Assembly (NCBI GenBank): GCA_900319575.1
Contig: ONPA01000192.1
Coordinates: 9,539-73,538 of the forward strand
Reading direction: 5' to 3'
From: an uncultured Desulfovibrio sp.
GTDB lineage: Bacteria > Desulfobacterota > Desulfovibrionia > Desulfovibrionales > Desulfovibrionaceae
Length of the DNA: 64,000 nt
The notes below the pieces were generated by a model, which was not told where the DNA came from, made no database searches, and saw only the letters and a list, made by a program, of their open reading frames with translations. Position numbers and translations under genes: made by a program. Every line of letters starts with the position of its first letter. Position 1 is the stretch's first letter. This document shows positions 49,130-59,079 of this stretch, piece after piece.

Positions 49130-49540
49130 ATTGCTCTGAGACAGAAAGTTCTTCCTTCCCCCAAAATATTCAGGTTCCGTCAGGCACCATTGCACAGGAC
49201 GCACGGTCCTGCCGCGAATCCCCTCACGCCTTCCTGTGAAGACAGCCAATCCGCCTTCGGCCGGCAAACCTGAAGCCACGCGGAAGCACAATGCCTTTCA
49301 CCGCATGTTCAGCCCAGCCATGACATCCGGAAAATACAGCAGACCGGGCTGTGAAAAACAAAATATCAAACAGGGATATTATTTTTTATTACGGTGAGAA
49401 TGGAAACTTCCCGGCCGCGTCATGAATAAAAATCTCCAACCACAGGCAGGATCACACGGCCGGTAATACCTTACGCCTTACAGCCATACCGGGGAAAAAG
49501 GAAAAGGGCCGTGGAGGGAAACCACAGCCCTTTAAATTCA

Positions 49541-49616
49541 TGGAGCCAACTGAGGGACTTGAACTCTCGACCTGCTGATTACGAATCAGCTGCTCTACCG
49601 ACTGAGCTAAGTTGGC
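49541..49616 (-). tRNA. tRNA-Thr (CGT)
   Basis: Reverse complement GCCAACTTAGCTCAGTCGGTAGAGCAGCTGATTCGTAATCAGC...GTTCAAGT...AGTTGGCTCCA. Confidence 0.96.
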
Positions 49617-49691
49617 ATTCAATCACTTTTCGTGATTTCGTCTGACTACGCTAAAACACCGGTTCTGTCAACTGAGCAGTTCTGGTATCTG

Positions 49692-50063
49692 CTACTTTTT
49701 CTTCACCTGGAAGGGAATCCAGTGCAGGGCGCTGCTCTCTTCCTGGGTCGCTCCGATGGACCATTCGAAATTATCCCAGCCCATTTTTTCGGCGACTTTG
49801 GCAGCGGTGCCTGCGGCATCAATGACAGGATGTTTTCTGAACACGGTACTCAGGCCATAGGTCAGGCTGCAGACAAGACATTTACCGGGACGCTGATGCA
49901 GCTCATAGGCCATTTCCACATGATCTTCGGTTTCATTGCGCACGGTGAGTACGATATCGTACGCTCCCTCCTCGGCACCGCCAAAAAGAACTTCAAAGAA
50001 CTGATCAGTCCTTTCAGGAGGGAAAATTTCTTTCAGAAAAGCATTATCGATCTTAGCAGACAT
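49692..50063 (-). CDS. Conserved hypothetical protein with CxxC motif (Desulfovibrio-type)
   Basis: FFEVLFGGAEEGAYDI and QRPGKCLVCSLTYGL; overlaps the gluQ stop. Confidence 0.75.
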   Translation of the reverse strand: MSAKIDNAFLKEIFPPERTDQFFEVLFGGAEEGAYDIVLTVRNETEDHVEMAYELHQRPGKCLVCSLTYGLSTVFRKHPVIDAAGTAAKVAEKMGWDNFEWSIGATQEESSALHWIPFQVKKK

Positions 50064-51045
50064 TCATATTCTCCTTTCCAAGCCACTGCATATCTTTGCT
50101 GGTCAGAACATAGTCGTCACGCGGAAGAGATTCCCAACGGAAGGAAGACACGAGTTCCCGCGGATGCACCGGTTCGCGCCTGTCCGTGATACCTGCCACC
50201 CAGGCCAGAAGGCCGATGATACGCCACGGGGACACCCCGTCCTGTCTCAGACTTTCCAGGCTCAGGCTGGCATGTCTCTTGGCCAGACGTTCGTGCTCTG
50301 CGTCCAGCAGCAGCGGAATATGAGCATATTGCGGAACAGCATAGCCAAGAGCTTCGAGCACTGCAATCTGGCGCGGCGTGGAAGGGAGCAGATCCCTTCC
50401 CCTGACGACCTGTGTAATGCCCATGTCACCGTCATCCACGCTCACGGCGAGCTGATAGGAAAAAACACCGTCAGAGCGCTGCAGATTAAAATCCCCTCCA
50501 CATTCCTGGAGTGTGGCTGTCTGCGGCCCGTAGACCATGTCCGTGAACCGGTATGGGGTATCGGGGGATCTGAAGCGCCACGAGTACTTTTTCCCTTCAC
50601 GGATGCGCTCCCGGACCTCTTCGGGAGACAGGTCGCGGCAGGTGCCTGGATACGGGGCGCCGGCATCTCCGATATGCGGAGCCGAAGCCATGGTACGCAC
50701 GTCCCTGCGGGAGCAGAAGCAGGGATAGGCCAGATTCATGGACTTCAGTTGCTCGAGCTTTGCCGTATACAGGGGATACCGGTTGCTCTGGTGGTAGGAT
50801 GGATCTTCCTTCTCAGGCGTCGGACCTTCATCCCAGTCCAGACCGAGCCAGCGGATGTCGGACATCAGCGCCTGCATGAACACAGGGCTGCTGCGCTCGA
50901 GATCGAGATCTTCCATTCTGAAGACCAGTTCTCCGCCCACAGAACGTACGGCAAGCCAGGACAGGAAAAACGACCAGGCATTCCCGAGATGCGCAAGTCC
51001 GGTCGGGCTTGGCGCAAGTCTCCCTCTCACATCACTCAAAAGCAC
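50053..51045 (-). CDS. gluQ: Glutamyl-Q tRNA(Asp) synthetase
   Basis: GRLAPSPTG..HLGN, RMEDLD, YPCFCSR, YPGTCR, YQLAVSVDD, RLAKR; lacks the GluRS anticodon domain. Confidence 0.92.
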   Translation of the reverse strand: MLLSDVRGRLAPSPTGLAHLGNAWSFFLSWLAVRSVGGELVFRMEDLDLERSSPVFMQALMSDIRWLGLDWDEGPTPEKEDPSYHQSNRYPLYTAKLEQLKSMNLAYPCFCSRRDVRTMASAPHIGDAGAPYPGTCRDLSPEEVRERIREGKKYSWRFRSPDTPYRFTDMVYGPQTATLQECGGDFNLQRSDGVFSYQLAVSVDDGDMGITQVVRGRDLLPSTPRQIAVLEALGYAVPQYAHIPLLLDAEHERLAKRHASLSLESLRQDGVSPWRIIGLLAWVAGITDRREPVHPRELVSSFRWESLPRDDYVLTSKDMQWLGKENMNVC

Positions 51046-51143
51046 TCTCCGTCTGTCAGAGCAGTTATCTGCAGAAAGACCGGCACCTCTTCAGAGATGC
51101 CGGCCCCTGTCGTCAAAACACTATGTTTCCCCAGGACATCGGA

Positions 51144-52397
51144 CTACTTATTCGATTTCTTATCCTTATCCTTGCTGCCGGACGGAATCACCGAAATATG
51201 CCGCTGCATGGGCTTTGTCTGCCTCATGGCGTCCTTGCCGGCATTATTCTTGTCCTTCAGGGCCGGAGCCGGGGCCGCCGGTTTCGGAGCGGGCACCTTT
51301 CTGTTTGTGGTGCTCCTGTCACCGGAAGCGGAATCTTTCACAGCACCGCGGGCAGGTTTCTTGCCCGAATCCCGGCTGTCAGGCTTTGCCTTTGTCTGAG
51401 AAGACGGCTTGATACCTGAATTGCTGTCGCCGCGCCCTTTGCGGTCATCGCCGCTCCGGGCGGATCTGGAGGTCTTTGTTCCGGTCTCCGGCTTGGCATC
51501 CTGCTTCTTCCTGGCCTGAGTATTATCCTTGGAATTCTTCCGGGAGCTGAGCCTGTCGTCTCCGTCTTTGGTGCCGCGGCGGGATGAACCGGCGTCCTGG
51601 GAGGCACGGCCTCCGCTTATCTTGTCCTTGTTTTTTTTGGATTTCCTGTCTTCACTGGCATTGCTTTTGTCAGAGGAGGATGAACTCCTGCCGCGCTGCC
51701 TGTCGGAACGGGCGGAAGATCTGTCGTCATCGTCTCTGGCTGCCCGTCTCTCCTGGCGGGCGGCCTCGCGCCTTGCCTGCGCTTCCTCTCTGGCGTTCTC
51801 CTCATCTGCGATACGGGAAGCTTCAGCCACGGCGGCATCGCCGGACCCCATATTCACACGCCGGGCGCCAATAAAATGCGTACTGTACCAGTCGCTGTCC
51901 AGGGATTCGACCTGTACGCGGGAGTGACGCTTGGGAGCATGAATAAACATGCCGGAGCCGATATAAATGCCTGTGTGGTAACCGCCGTCACGGCGGCGGA
52001 ATGCCACGATATCACCGGCCCGCATCTTGGAAACGTCCCGGATTTTGAAGCCCACGGAAGACTGTTCCTGGGCCGTGCGGGGCAGTTTCACTCCGGCCCC
52101 CCTGTAAGCCCACTGAACCAGTCCGGAGCAGTCGAAACCTCCCGGATGTTCGCCTCCCCAGACATAGGGTGTTCCGAGGGCGTTATGGGCACGTCTCAGG
52201 ACCTGTCCTGAAACGGAGGGATCATTCTCTCCCCAGTCCCAGTCACCGCCTTCCATGTCTCCATTGGCGCCATAGAGGGCTTTGTAACGCTCATACTGGG
52301 CAGCGGCATCATCGACGGCCGGGCTCTTCTTGTGGGCGCAGCCAAAGCTGAGAACGCACAGCAAAAGAAGCACCAGCACCTTGTATTTCGTACCCAT
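51144..52397 (-). CDS. NlpC/P60 lipoprotein with long charged C-terminal tail
   Basis: Lipobox LSFGC, PYVWGG...FDCSGL, LPRTA, HTGIY...FIHA; start ATG 52397. Confidence 0.88.
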   Translation of the reverse strand: MGTKYKVLVLLLLCVLSFGCAHKKSPAVDDAAAQYERYKALYGANGDMEGGDWDWGENDPSVSGQVLRRAHNALGTPYVWGGEHPGGFDCSGLVQWAYRGAGVKLPRTAQEQSSVGFKIRDVSKMRAGDIVAFRRRDGGYHTGIYIGSGMFIHAPKRHSRVQVESLDSDWYSTHFIGARRVNMGSGDAAVAEASRIADEENAREEAQARREAARQERRAARDDDDRSSARSDRQRGRSSSSSDKSNASEDRKSKKNKDKISGGRASQDAGSSRRGTKDGDDRLSSRKNSKDNTQARKKQDAKPETGTKTSRSARSGDDRKGRGDSNSGIKPSSQTKAKPDSRDSGKKPARGAVKDSASGDRSTTNRKVPAPKPAAPAPALKDKNNAGKDAMRQTKPMQRHISVIPSGSKDKDKKSNK

Positions 52398-52585
52398 TAT
52401 GACTCCGCAAAACGGTAAGAGAAAACCGCCTGCGCAGGGCGGCAGACCGCAGCGCGCAGGTTCACGGCATCCGGCAGGCCCGAAAGCGGGCAGAGAGAAG
52501 AAAGAATGGCAGCGGAAATGGCCAGGCGGCCGATGACGCTGCCGGTGAAAGCCGGATACGGAACGCAATCACGCCCTTTTTAAGA

Positions 52586-52621
52586 CGAAGGGGGCCCATC
52601 GGTCAAGATGGGCCCCCTTCG
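52586..52621 (-). terminator. Hairpin after folE2
   Basis: CGAAGGGGGCCCATC/GATGGGCCCCCTTCG 15-bp stem. Confidence 0.7.
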
Positions 52622-52647
52622 GGATTATTCCAAAAAAGCAGATTACT

Positions 52648-53436
52648 CTAGCGCAGATTCGCCGGGAAATTATGCTCAATGCAGGCGAAGGCATTGTGGT
52701 TATGGATAGATTCCATACTTTCCACCTCGATACGGTAGCCTTTCAGATGCTCGTTCCGGGAAAGCCCCTGGGCGACGTTACGCACTACATCCTCAACAAA
52801 GCAGGGATTGGCAAAAGCATGCTCTGTGACGTATTTCTCGTCCTCGCGCTTCAGAATCGTGTACACCGGACTTGATCCGGAAGATTCCGCCACGGAGACA
52901 AAGTCCTCGATCCAGTCGAATCCGTTCATGAGAAGCGTCATGTGCACGAGCGTGCGCTGGCTGTGGGCGCCCTCATCGCTGATAGCCTTGGAGCAGGGGC
53001 AGACGGTCATCACGGGCACCTCGATGTCCAGAATAAAGTTCTGCTCATCCTTCTCATTCAGTTCGCCGGTCAGCATGCAGTTATACGCCACCTCGCCGGG
53101 AGTCCCGGTGGCCGGGGCATTCTTGCGGATAAAGTACGGGAAATGGAAACAGACCTGGGCCCGGCAGGCTTCCAGACGATCCCTGATGACAGCGAGCAAT
53201 CCCCGAACCGACTTGTAGCTAATCTCGCCCTCCCAGTTTTCAATGGCTTCCACAAAACGGCTCATGTGCGTGCCTTTAAAAGACGCGGGCAGATCCACGC
53301 TCAAATCCACGCTGGCCACGGTTCTCTGCTTGAGATTGGCGCGGTCTCTCGCCCAGAGCGGCACCTTCACGCCACGGACACCCACCCTGTCAATGGGAAT
53401 GGGGACCTCCGGCGCATGTTTCTGTACATCAATCAT
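52648..53436 (-). CDS. folE2: GTP cyclohydrolase IB
   Basis: [45 protein letters not shown]. Confidence 0.95.
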   Translation of the reverse strand: MIDVQKHAPEVPIPIDRVGVRGVKVPLWARDRANLKQRTVASVDLSVDLPASFKGTHMSRFVEAIENWEGEISYKSVRGLLAVIRDRLEACRAQVCFHFPYFIRKNAPATGTPGEVAYNCMLTGELNEKDEQNFILDIEVPVMTVCPCSKAISDEGAHSQRTLVHMTLLMNGFDWIEDFVSVAESSGSSPVYTILKREDEKYVTEHAFANPCFVEDVVRNVAQGLSRNEHLKGYRIEVESMESIHNHNAFACIEHNFPANLR

Positions 53437-53438
53437 CG

Positions 53439-53858
53439 CTAAGCCAAATCCTTTCCAAGTGTTGTCGGCACGAAAACGCCATGCTTGACGCCGTTGCAGG
53501 CGATCAGTCTGTCCGCCAGGGAACTGACAGCGGCGGCATCCCCGCGCAGAACAAGTACTTCCAAGCAGTTGTGATGGTCAAGATGCACGTGCATCGACGT
53601 GATGACCACGTTGTAATGATCGTGCTGGATATCCATGAGACGGCGGGCAAGATCATTGGAGTGATGATCATAGACGAGTGTCAGCGTCCCCGCGACCTCG
53701 CCTTCCAGCTTTTTCCACTCATCCTGAATAAGCGCCCTGCGGATGAGGTCACGTATGGCCTCAGAACGGTTCGTGTAGCTTTTGCGGCGGCAGAGTTCAT
53801 CGAAGGGCAGCAGCAGATCCTCACTCAGGGAAACGCCGAAACGGGCAAGATTGGCCAT
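53439..53858 (-). CDS. nikR: Nickel-responsive regulator NikR
   Basis: RFGVSL ribbon-helix-helix, [26 protein letters not shown]. Confidence 0.95.
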   Translation of the reverse strand: MANLARFGVSLSEDLLLPFDELCRRKSYTNRSEAIRDLIRRALIQDEWKKLEGEVAGTLTLVYDHHSNDLARRLMDIQHDHYNVVITSMHVHLDHHNCLEVLVLRGDAAAVSSLADRLIACNGVKHGVFVPTTLGKDLA

Positions 53859-54250
53859 GATTCATTCCTCGGATTTCTGAAAAGTCCCCTAACCGAGGGG
53901 GTGTTATGCATTTTCTGTACACTGTTTCATCTAACGTACTGATTTCTTTTCCGATATGCCCGCAATTCCAGAATTTGTCCAGATTTGTCCACCCGCTTTT
54001 CACATTTATCATACCGTTTTCATGCATTATTTTATATTTTTAGGGAAAATAATATCAGCGGGCAGGCTCTTTCGGGCATAAAATTCGCACGTATTGAATG
54101 ACTTCCCCGGGCGGAGATTCCCAATGCAGCCCGAACTCCTTTCTCCGGTTCAGACTCCACGGACAGGACACCTGTATGCCTGCTCCTCCGCGTGTTGTTC
54201 CCCCGCCGCCCTTTTGGTATAGAAAAACAGCTTTTCTTTTTGGAGGATCC

Positions 54251-54739
54251 ATGGGGCAGGACATCTTTGACACAGCGACCATTCTTATTCTGACCTTCTT
54301 CGCCATCAGGGGCTATCTCAACGGATTTGTCGGAGAAGTCGCAGCCATCGTCTCCCTCATCGGCGGTTTCTGGGCCGCGCACACATTCCATCCGCTGCTC
54401 GCCCAGCATCTCCAGTTCATCGGTGAGCCTCTCTGGCGCAACATGGCCTCGTACGTCATCATTTTCATCGCGGTCATCATCTCTGTCGCCATCATAGCCA
54501 AAATCCTGCAGCGCATCCTCCAGTTCGCGCTCATCTCATGGGCTGACAGGGTGGCAGGCGGCATACTGGGGCTGGCCAAAGGCATCATCATCTTTTCCAT
54601 CATCTTCATTCTGCTCAATAAATTCTGCGCCAACGCGGATTTTTACAAACACTCGCGGGTGCGTCCGTACTTCACGGCCATCATCAACCAGATACGCACC
54701 TCCCTGCCTCCCGATATCGTCAAACGATTCAACATCTAG
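54251..54739 (+). CDS. cvpA: CvpA family membrane protein
   Basis: RGYLNGFVGE and DRVAGGILGLAKG; GGAGG before ATG 54251. Confidence 0.88.
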   Translation: MGQDIFDTATILILTFFAIRGYLNGFVGEVAAIVSLIGGFWAAHTFHPLLAQHLQFIGEPLWRNMASYVIIFIAVIISVAIIAKILQRILQFALISWADRVAGGILGLAKGIIIFSIIFILLNKFCANADFYKHSRVRPYFTAIINQIRTSLPPDIVKRFNI

Positions 54740-54755
54740 CCGGAGAAAAAAATAC

Positions 54756-55607
54756 ATGGATAACAACGAAGGCATCGCCACTCTCAAGAATATCGTCGAG
54801 CGTCTCATCGCCCCGGACGGCTGCCACTGGGACAGGGTACAGACGCCTGAAAGCCTCAGCGAATACATCATCGAGGAAAGCCACGAACTGGTCAGCGCCA
54901 TCCGCTACGGAGACGCTGACGATGTCTGCGAGGAACTCGGCGATGTAGCGTTCCTGCTGGTCACCATAGCCTGCCACTTCGAAAAAAAGGGGGCCTTCAC
55001 CCTCGACGACGTTTTCAGGCGCAACGCTGCGAAGATGGTACACCGGCATCCCCATGTTTTCGGCAATGAAAAATTCGCCAGCCTCGACGATCAGCTTAAA
55101 GCCTGGGAAAAGCTCAAAAAGGAAGAGCACCAGAAGGAAGGAAAGGCTACAGGCGTGTTTGCCTCCCTGCCCCGCGATCTGGATCCGCTCGCCAGGGCCT
55201 ACCGCATCCACTCCAAGGCAGCCAGAACCGGCTTTACCTGGGAAAACGACGAGGATGTGGAGCGCCAGGTTGAGGCCGAATGGCTGGAATTTCTGGATGC
55301 AGAGACCCGTAAGAGCGACGCAGAAGTCAAACACGAACTGGGTGATCTTCTTTTCACCATCGCCGAACTCGGACGCCGCCACGGCATGAAGGCCAACGAG
55401 GCCCTCGACTATGCCAACGAACGTTTTCTCTCCCGTTTCAAAAGGATGGAAGCGCTGGCCGCAGAGCAGAAGAGAGAACTCACCGACATGAGCCTCGATG
55501 AAAAGAACGAACTCTGGGAACAGGCGAAACAGGAAGAAAAGGCTGCGGGAACCTTAAACTCCACAGTCTCCCCCGCAGCTGACGCTCCCCTCACAAAAAA
55601 AGACTAG
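54756..55607 (+). CDS. mazG: Nucleoside triphosphate pyrophosphohydrolase MazG
   Basis: GCHWDRVQT, EESHE, EELGD, RHPHVF, second ELGD repeat. Confidence 0.94.
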   Translation: MDNNEGIATLKNIVERLIAPDGCHWDRVQTPESLSEYIIEESHELVSAIRYGDADDVCEELGDVAFLLVTIACHFEKKGAFTLDDVFRRNAAKMVHRHPHVFGNEKFASLDDQLKAWEKLKKEEHQKEGKATGVFASLPRDLDPLARAYRIHSKAARTGFTWENDEDVERQVEAEWLEFLDAETRKSDAEVKHELGDLLFTIAELGRRHGMKANEALDYANERFLSRFKRMEALAAEQKRELTDMSLDEKNELWEQAKQEEKAAGTLNSTVSPAADAPLTKKD

Positions 55608-55852
55608 CAGCCCGTGGGGAGAGGCGCTCCCCGCCGTCTTTTTTCTGACAGCGCACGGCCTTTCCCGCCATTCAACTTCTTTCCGGGCCCGTCGCATTCC
55701 GCCGGATTTTCCCGGATTCCCGTGTCTCTGCTCCTTTGGAAACTGCGCGTCTCTGCGCCCACCGCAAAGGCTTCCTTTCACTTTCACAACGCCCGCCAGT
55801 ATTGGCCGGCTCCCCTGCCGGCCAATACTGGCAGGAAAGGAATTTTTTAAGA

Positions 55853-58084
55853 ATGGATACCATCGGCTCCGATCAGGAAAAAACTTCTGCCGTAAAGCAG
55901 CCTGCCGAATCGGCTGCCTCCGGACCGGCCATACCCCTGGGGCAGGACGGGGACAGCCAGTTCAGCACCCCTCACGCCCCTTCCCCTGAGATGAATCCTG
56001 CCGGGGAAACCACCGCCTCCGCCAGCCAGGACTCTCCCGCCGCAGCCGAACCGGAGAACGCCGGTACTGACGGCACAGATACCACGGCCAAGGAAGCAGC
56101 CGGAGAAGAAACAGTTTCAGGGGATTCCCCTGAAACTTCTTCCGGCAGCGGGCCGGAAAACACTTACGGCACCGGGGAAGAGCTCATCGACGAGAACTCC
56201 ACGCAGCACAACGCGGCTTTCCGCCTGCTCGGAAGAATAACTCCTCTGACCCTGCTTCTTTTTCTGGCTGCTGTCTGCTGGCCTGTTTTCCTCATTGGCG
56301 ACTCCTTCTGCCCGGGCGAGGCTCTCAACATCAAATTCTTCAGCTCCGTCGCCCAGTCACCGCTTTTGCCGCAGGCTGACGGCGCTGTCGCCCTCCCCGG
56401 CTTCGCCTGGCTCGGTGCCCTGGTTCTCAAATGCGTCCATGTCCCTGCCATGGGACTCTCCGTGGTTTCCGCGCTTGGCGCCTTCATCTGTCTGCTCGGC
56501 GTCTGGGGCGTCTGCCCCCTCCTGCGCCTCGGCCGGTACACGCCGCTGGCAGCCGGGCTGGCCCTCTTCTGCACGCCGGCTTTTCTGGCATTCTCCCAGT
56601 TCGTGGGCCCGGTCTTAACGGCGACAGGACTCTCCCTCCTGGCCCTGGGCATACTCGGACACGCATGGACAAAGGACATGGATTTTCCGGGCATGGTTCT
56701 CGGGAACCTGCTGGCTGCCGCCGCCGGTCTGACCGGCGGCCTGCTCTATGCTCTCCTGCCCGTTATCTCCGCGTTCCTTCTCTGCCTCTGGCGCTGTGAC
56801 TTCAGGCGCAGCCGTCAGCCTGATGCTCTCATCGGCTTCGCCGTCTTCCTCTTCACCCTTGCCATCTGGGCAGCCCTAACCATCATCTTCTCCGACGGCG
56901 CCGGATCTTCTTCCATAGCCAAATCCCTGATCCGGCTGCCCTCTGAGCCGTCAGCTGCCGGCAAGGCCCTGCTCCTCTACGCTTTGGGTTCCCTCCCGGC
57001 CATTCTGGTGATCTTCTGCTGTAACTGGCCGAAAATCCTGCGCGGCAGCCTCGCCAGCCTCAAAGCCAGCCGCACTGCCCCGAAAACCGCCATTCTCTGG
57101 ATCGGCCTCTTCGTGACCCTGGGGCTCACCGTCCTCACGCCGCACGCAGCCGACGTCTTCCCGGCCATCGCTATCACGGCGATTCTGGCGGGGCGCGCAC
57201 TGCTCAGGCTCGGAAAAATCGGGAACCGGGCTTTCTTCATTTTCGTCACGCTCACCCTGCTGGCCGCCAGCTTCTCCTGTGCCGCAGTCACAATTCCTTC
57301 CCTGCAGCACTGGGTGGCTTCCACCCTCGGACTGCCTCTTGACGGAAATGCCGAAAAGATTCTCGCCGACCTCGCAGATATAAGCCGCATCAAGACCATC
57401 GTCTTTACGGCCCTGCCCGTGATCAGCGCAGCCATCATCCTGCACGTTGTCTGGAGAAGTTCCACTGCGGCTGCCGGCCTTCTTGTGACCGCCGTCATGG
57501 TCGTTGTCATGGCTCAGCCCTTCGGGCTCTTCGTCGCTCCTTCGCTCAGGGAAATGCCTTCGCTCCAGCTGAAGACATTCGAACACCTGAACGACACCGC
57601 ACCCGCTGCGCCGAAAGACACCAGCCCCATTGTCACCGGCGGATCCGACTATATGTGGCCGAACTACAACGCCACCGTGCCCGGCAGCCCCGCTCAGAAG
57701 CCGCAGCCACAGGAAAAGGCATCAGCCCCGGCCGCTTCCGGAAAGACGGAGCCGTCTGCAGCGCCGACCAGCCCTCTCAAGGATAAGGAACAGCCCGGAA
57801 TCAGGGAAAACAGCCCGAAGCCTTCCGGACAGGCTCCCTCCGGCAGCCAGAATTCGAAGGCTGACCAGTACTCAAGTGTCCTGCAGCAGAAACCTGCCGC
57901 GCCCGGAGCCTCCCAGAATCCGGCTGCTGGGCCCCAGTCCGAACAGAAGGAAACAAAAACTCCGGGAAATCAGCCCTCGGCTCAGGAAAAGGCTCCTTCC
58001 GAAAAGCAGCCTGAAGCCGATCAAAAAACATCTCCGGCACCCAGGCTCCAGACTGGCGGGGAGCAGACTGGAACGGCCATTTAA
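55853..58084 (+). CDS. Polytopic membrane protein (ArnT/GT-C-like) with disordered N- and C-terminal tails
   Basis: About 13 hydrophobic segments; acidic N-tail and P/Q/K/S-rich C-tail; start ATG 55853. Confidence 0.6.
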   Translation: MDTIGSDQEKTSAVKQPAESAASGPAIPLGQDGDSQFSTPHAPSPEMNPAGETTASASQDSPAAAEPENAGTDGTDTTAKEAAGEETVSGDSPETSSGSGPENTYGTGEELIDENSTQHNAAFRLLGRITPLTLLLFLAAVCWPVFLIGDSFCPGEALNIKFFSSVAQSPLLPQADGAVALPGFAWLGALVLKCVHVPAMGLSVVSALGAFICLLGVWGVCPLLRLGRYTPLAAGLALFCTPAFLAFSQFVGPVLTATGLSLLALGILGHAWTKDMDFPGMVLGNLLAAAAGLTGGLLYALLPVISAFLLCLWRCDFRRSRQPDALIGFAVFLFTLAIWAALTIIFSDGAGSSSIAKSLIRLPSEPSAAGKALLLYALGSLPAILVIFCCNWPKILRGSLASLKASRTAPKTAILWIGLFVTLGLTVLTPHAADVFPAIAITAILAGRALLRLGKIGNRAFFIFVTLTLLAASFSCAAVTIPSLQHWVASTLGLPLDGNAEKILADLADISRIKTIVFTALPVISAAIILHVVWRSSTAAAGLLVTAVMVVVMAQPFGLFVAPSLREMPSLQLKTFEHLNDTAPAAPKDTSPIVTGGSDYMWPNYNATVPGSPAQKPQPQEKASAPAASGKTEPSAAPTSPLKDKEQPGIRENSPKPSGQAPSGSQNSKADQYSSVLQQKPAAPGASQNPAAGPQSEQKETKTPGNQPSAQEKAPSEKQPEADQKTSPAPRLQTGGEQTGTAI

Positions 58085-58133
58085 GGCCGCCGGATGAGCT
58101 CCCTGCAGATAACTGAACTGACTCTGAAACGAT

Positions 58134-58172
58134 AATTGCCCCGGCAGCGGAAAAACTGCCGGGGCAATTTTA
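58134..58172. terminator. Terminator between convergent genes
   Basis: AATTGCCCCGGCAG/CTGCCGGGGCAATT followed by T residues. Confidence 0.75.
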
Positions 58173-58191
58173 TGTCCTGGCCAGACGGAGG

Positions 58192-58932
58192 TCAGCCCCA
58201 CAATGTCATCAGGCCGCGAATGAGGCACGACAACGCGCCGAAAACGATGATGATTTTCAGGAGCAGCTGAAAAGCCTCTGGCTTCATACGCCTCACAAGC
58301 GGATAGGAGGCAAGCGTGCCCAGGATGGACGCAGGGACGCCGCATATGGCGTAATGCAGCACTTCCGGAGGATAGAGGCCGGCGTACCACTGCATGCCGC
58401 AGGTAACCAGAGAACGGCAAAAGTAAAACACTCCCAGCGTTGCCAGGAGAGGACGCTGCCGCCAGCCCACATACAGTGCGTAGGCGGCAACAGGGGGACC
58501 GTCAACGGAAATAGACGTACCAAAAAAGCCGGCCGCTCCGCCGGCAAAGGCTCCCAGTCCCCAGGATTCCCGTCCACTTTTCAGACTGCCGAACTGCTGC
58601 CAGGCCATGAAGAAGAGAAGCATGACACCTACTATGATTTCAAGGGTCCAGGCAGGAACGAAACAAAGCACGTAAAGACCTGCCGCGACTCCCGGAACGA
58701 TCCCCAGGAAAAGGGGGATCAGCGAACGCCAGCGGCAGAAGCGCAGATGCATCAGAACGAGAAGGATGCTCGCGAAAGGTGCAATGAGGCAGGTTATGAG
58801 GATATCCGTCTTGATGGGCACAAAGAAGGAAATGACAGGGACGGCCATCATGGCCGGTCCCAGCCCGCATATACCTCCCACCATAGCCGCAAAAAACCAC
58901 ATCACAGCGACAACGATCTGTGCCGTATCCAT
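58192..58932 (-). CDS. TauE/SafE (TSUP) family exporter
   Basis: GICGLG and GTSISVDGPP motifs, about 8 TM helices. Confidence 0.85.
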   Translation of the reverse strand: MDTAQIVVAVMWFFAAMVGGICGLGPAMMAVPVISFFVPIKTDILITCLIAPFASILLVLMHLRFCRWRSLIPLFLGIVPGVAAGLYVLCFVPAWTLEIIVGVMLLFFMAWQQFGSLKSGRESWGLGAFAGGAAGFFGTSISVDGPPVAAYALYVGWRQRPLLATLGVFYFCRSLVTCGMQWYAGLYPPEVLHYAICGVPASILGTLASYPLVRRMKPEAFQLLLKIIIVFGALSCLIRGLMTLWG

Positions 58933-59079
58933 CTTTCCCTCCCGGACAAAACCTCTGTTCGCCCTGCCTGCGGCAGCCTCCTATGGCTTTTGCGAATGAA
59001 ACAAAGTATTATTCTCTCAGCTTTCGGAACCGGAGGCAAGGTTTTCCGCCGCCCGGATATGACAGGTGCAGAGGCTTTC

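Noticed and set aside
49261-49290. c-di-GMP-I riboswitch-like GGCAAACC
   Set aside because: Lacks the GNRA hairpin, receptor and second stem, and has no downstream gene in that orientation.
53901-53940. NikR operator upstream of nikR (GTGTTA half-site)
   Set aside because: No matching second half-site at a plausible spacing.
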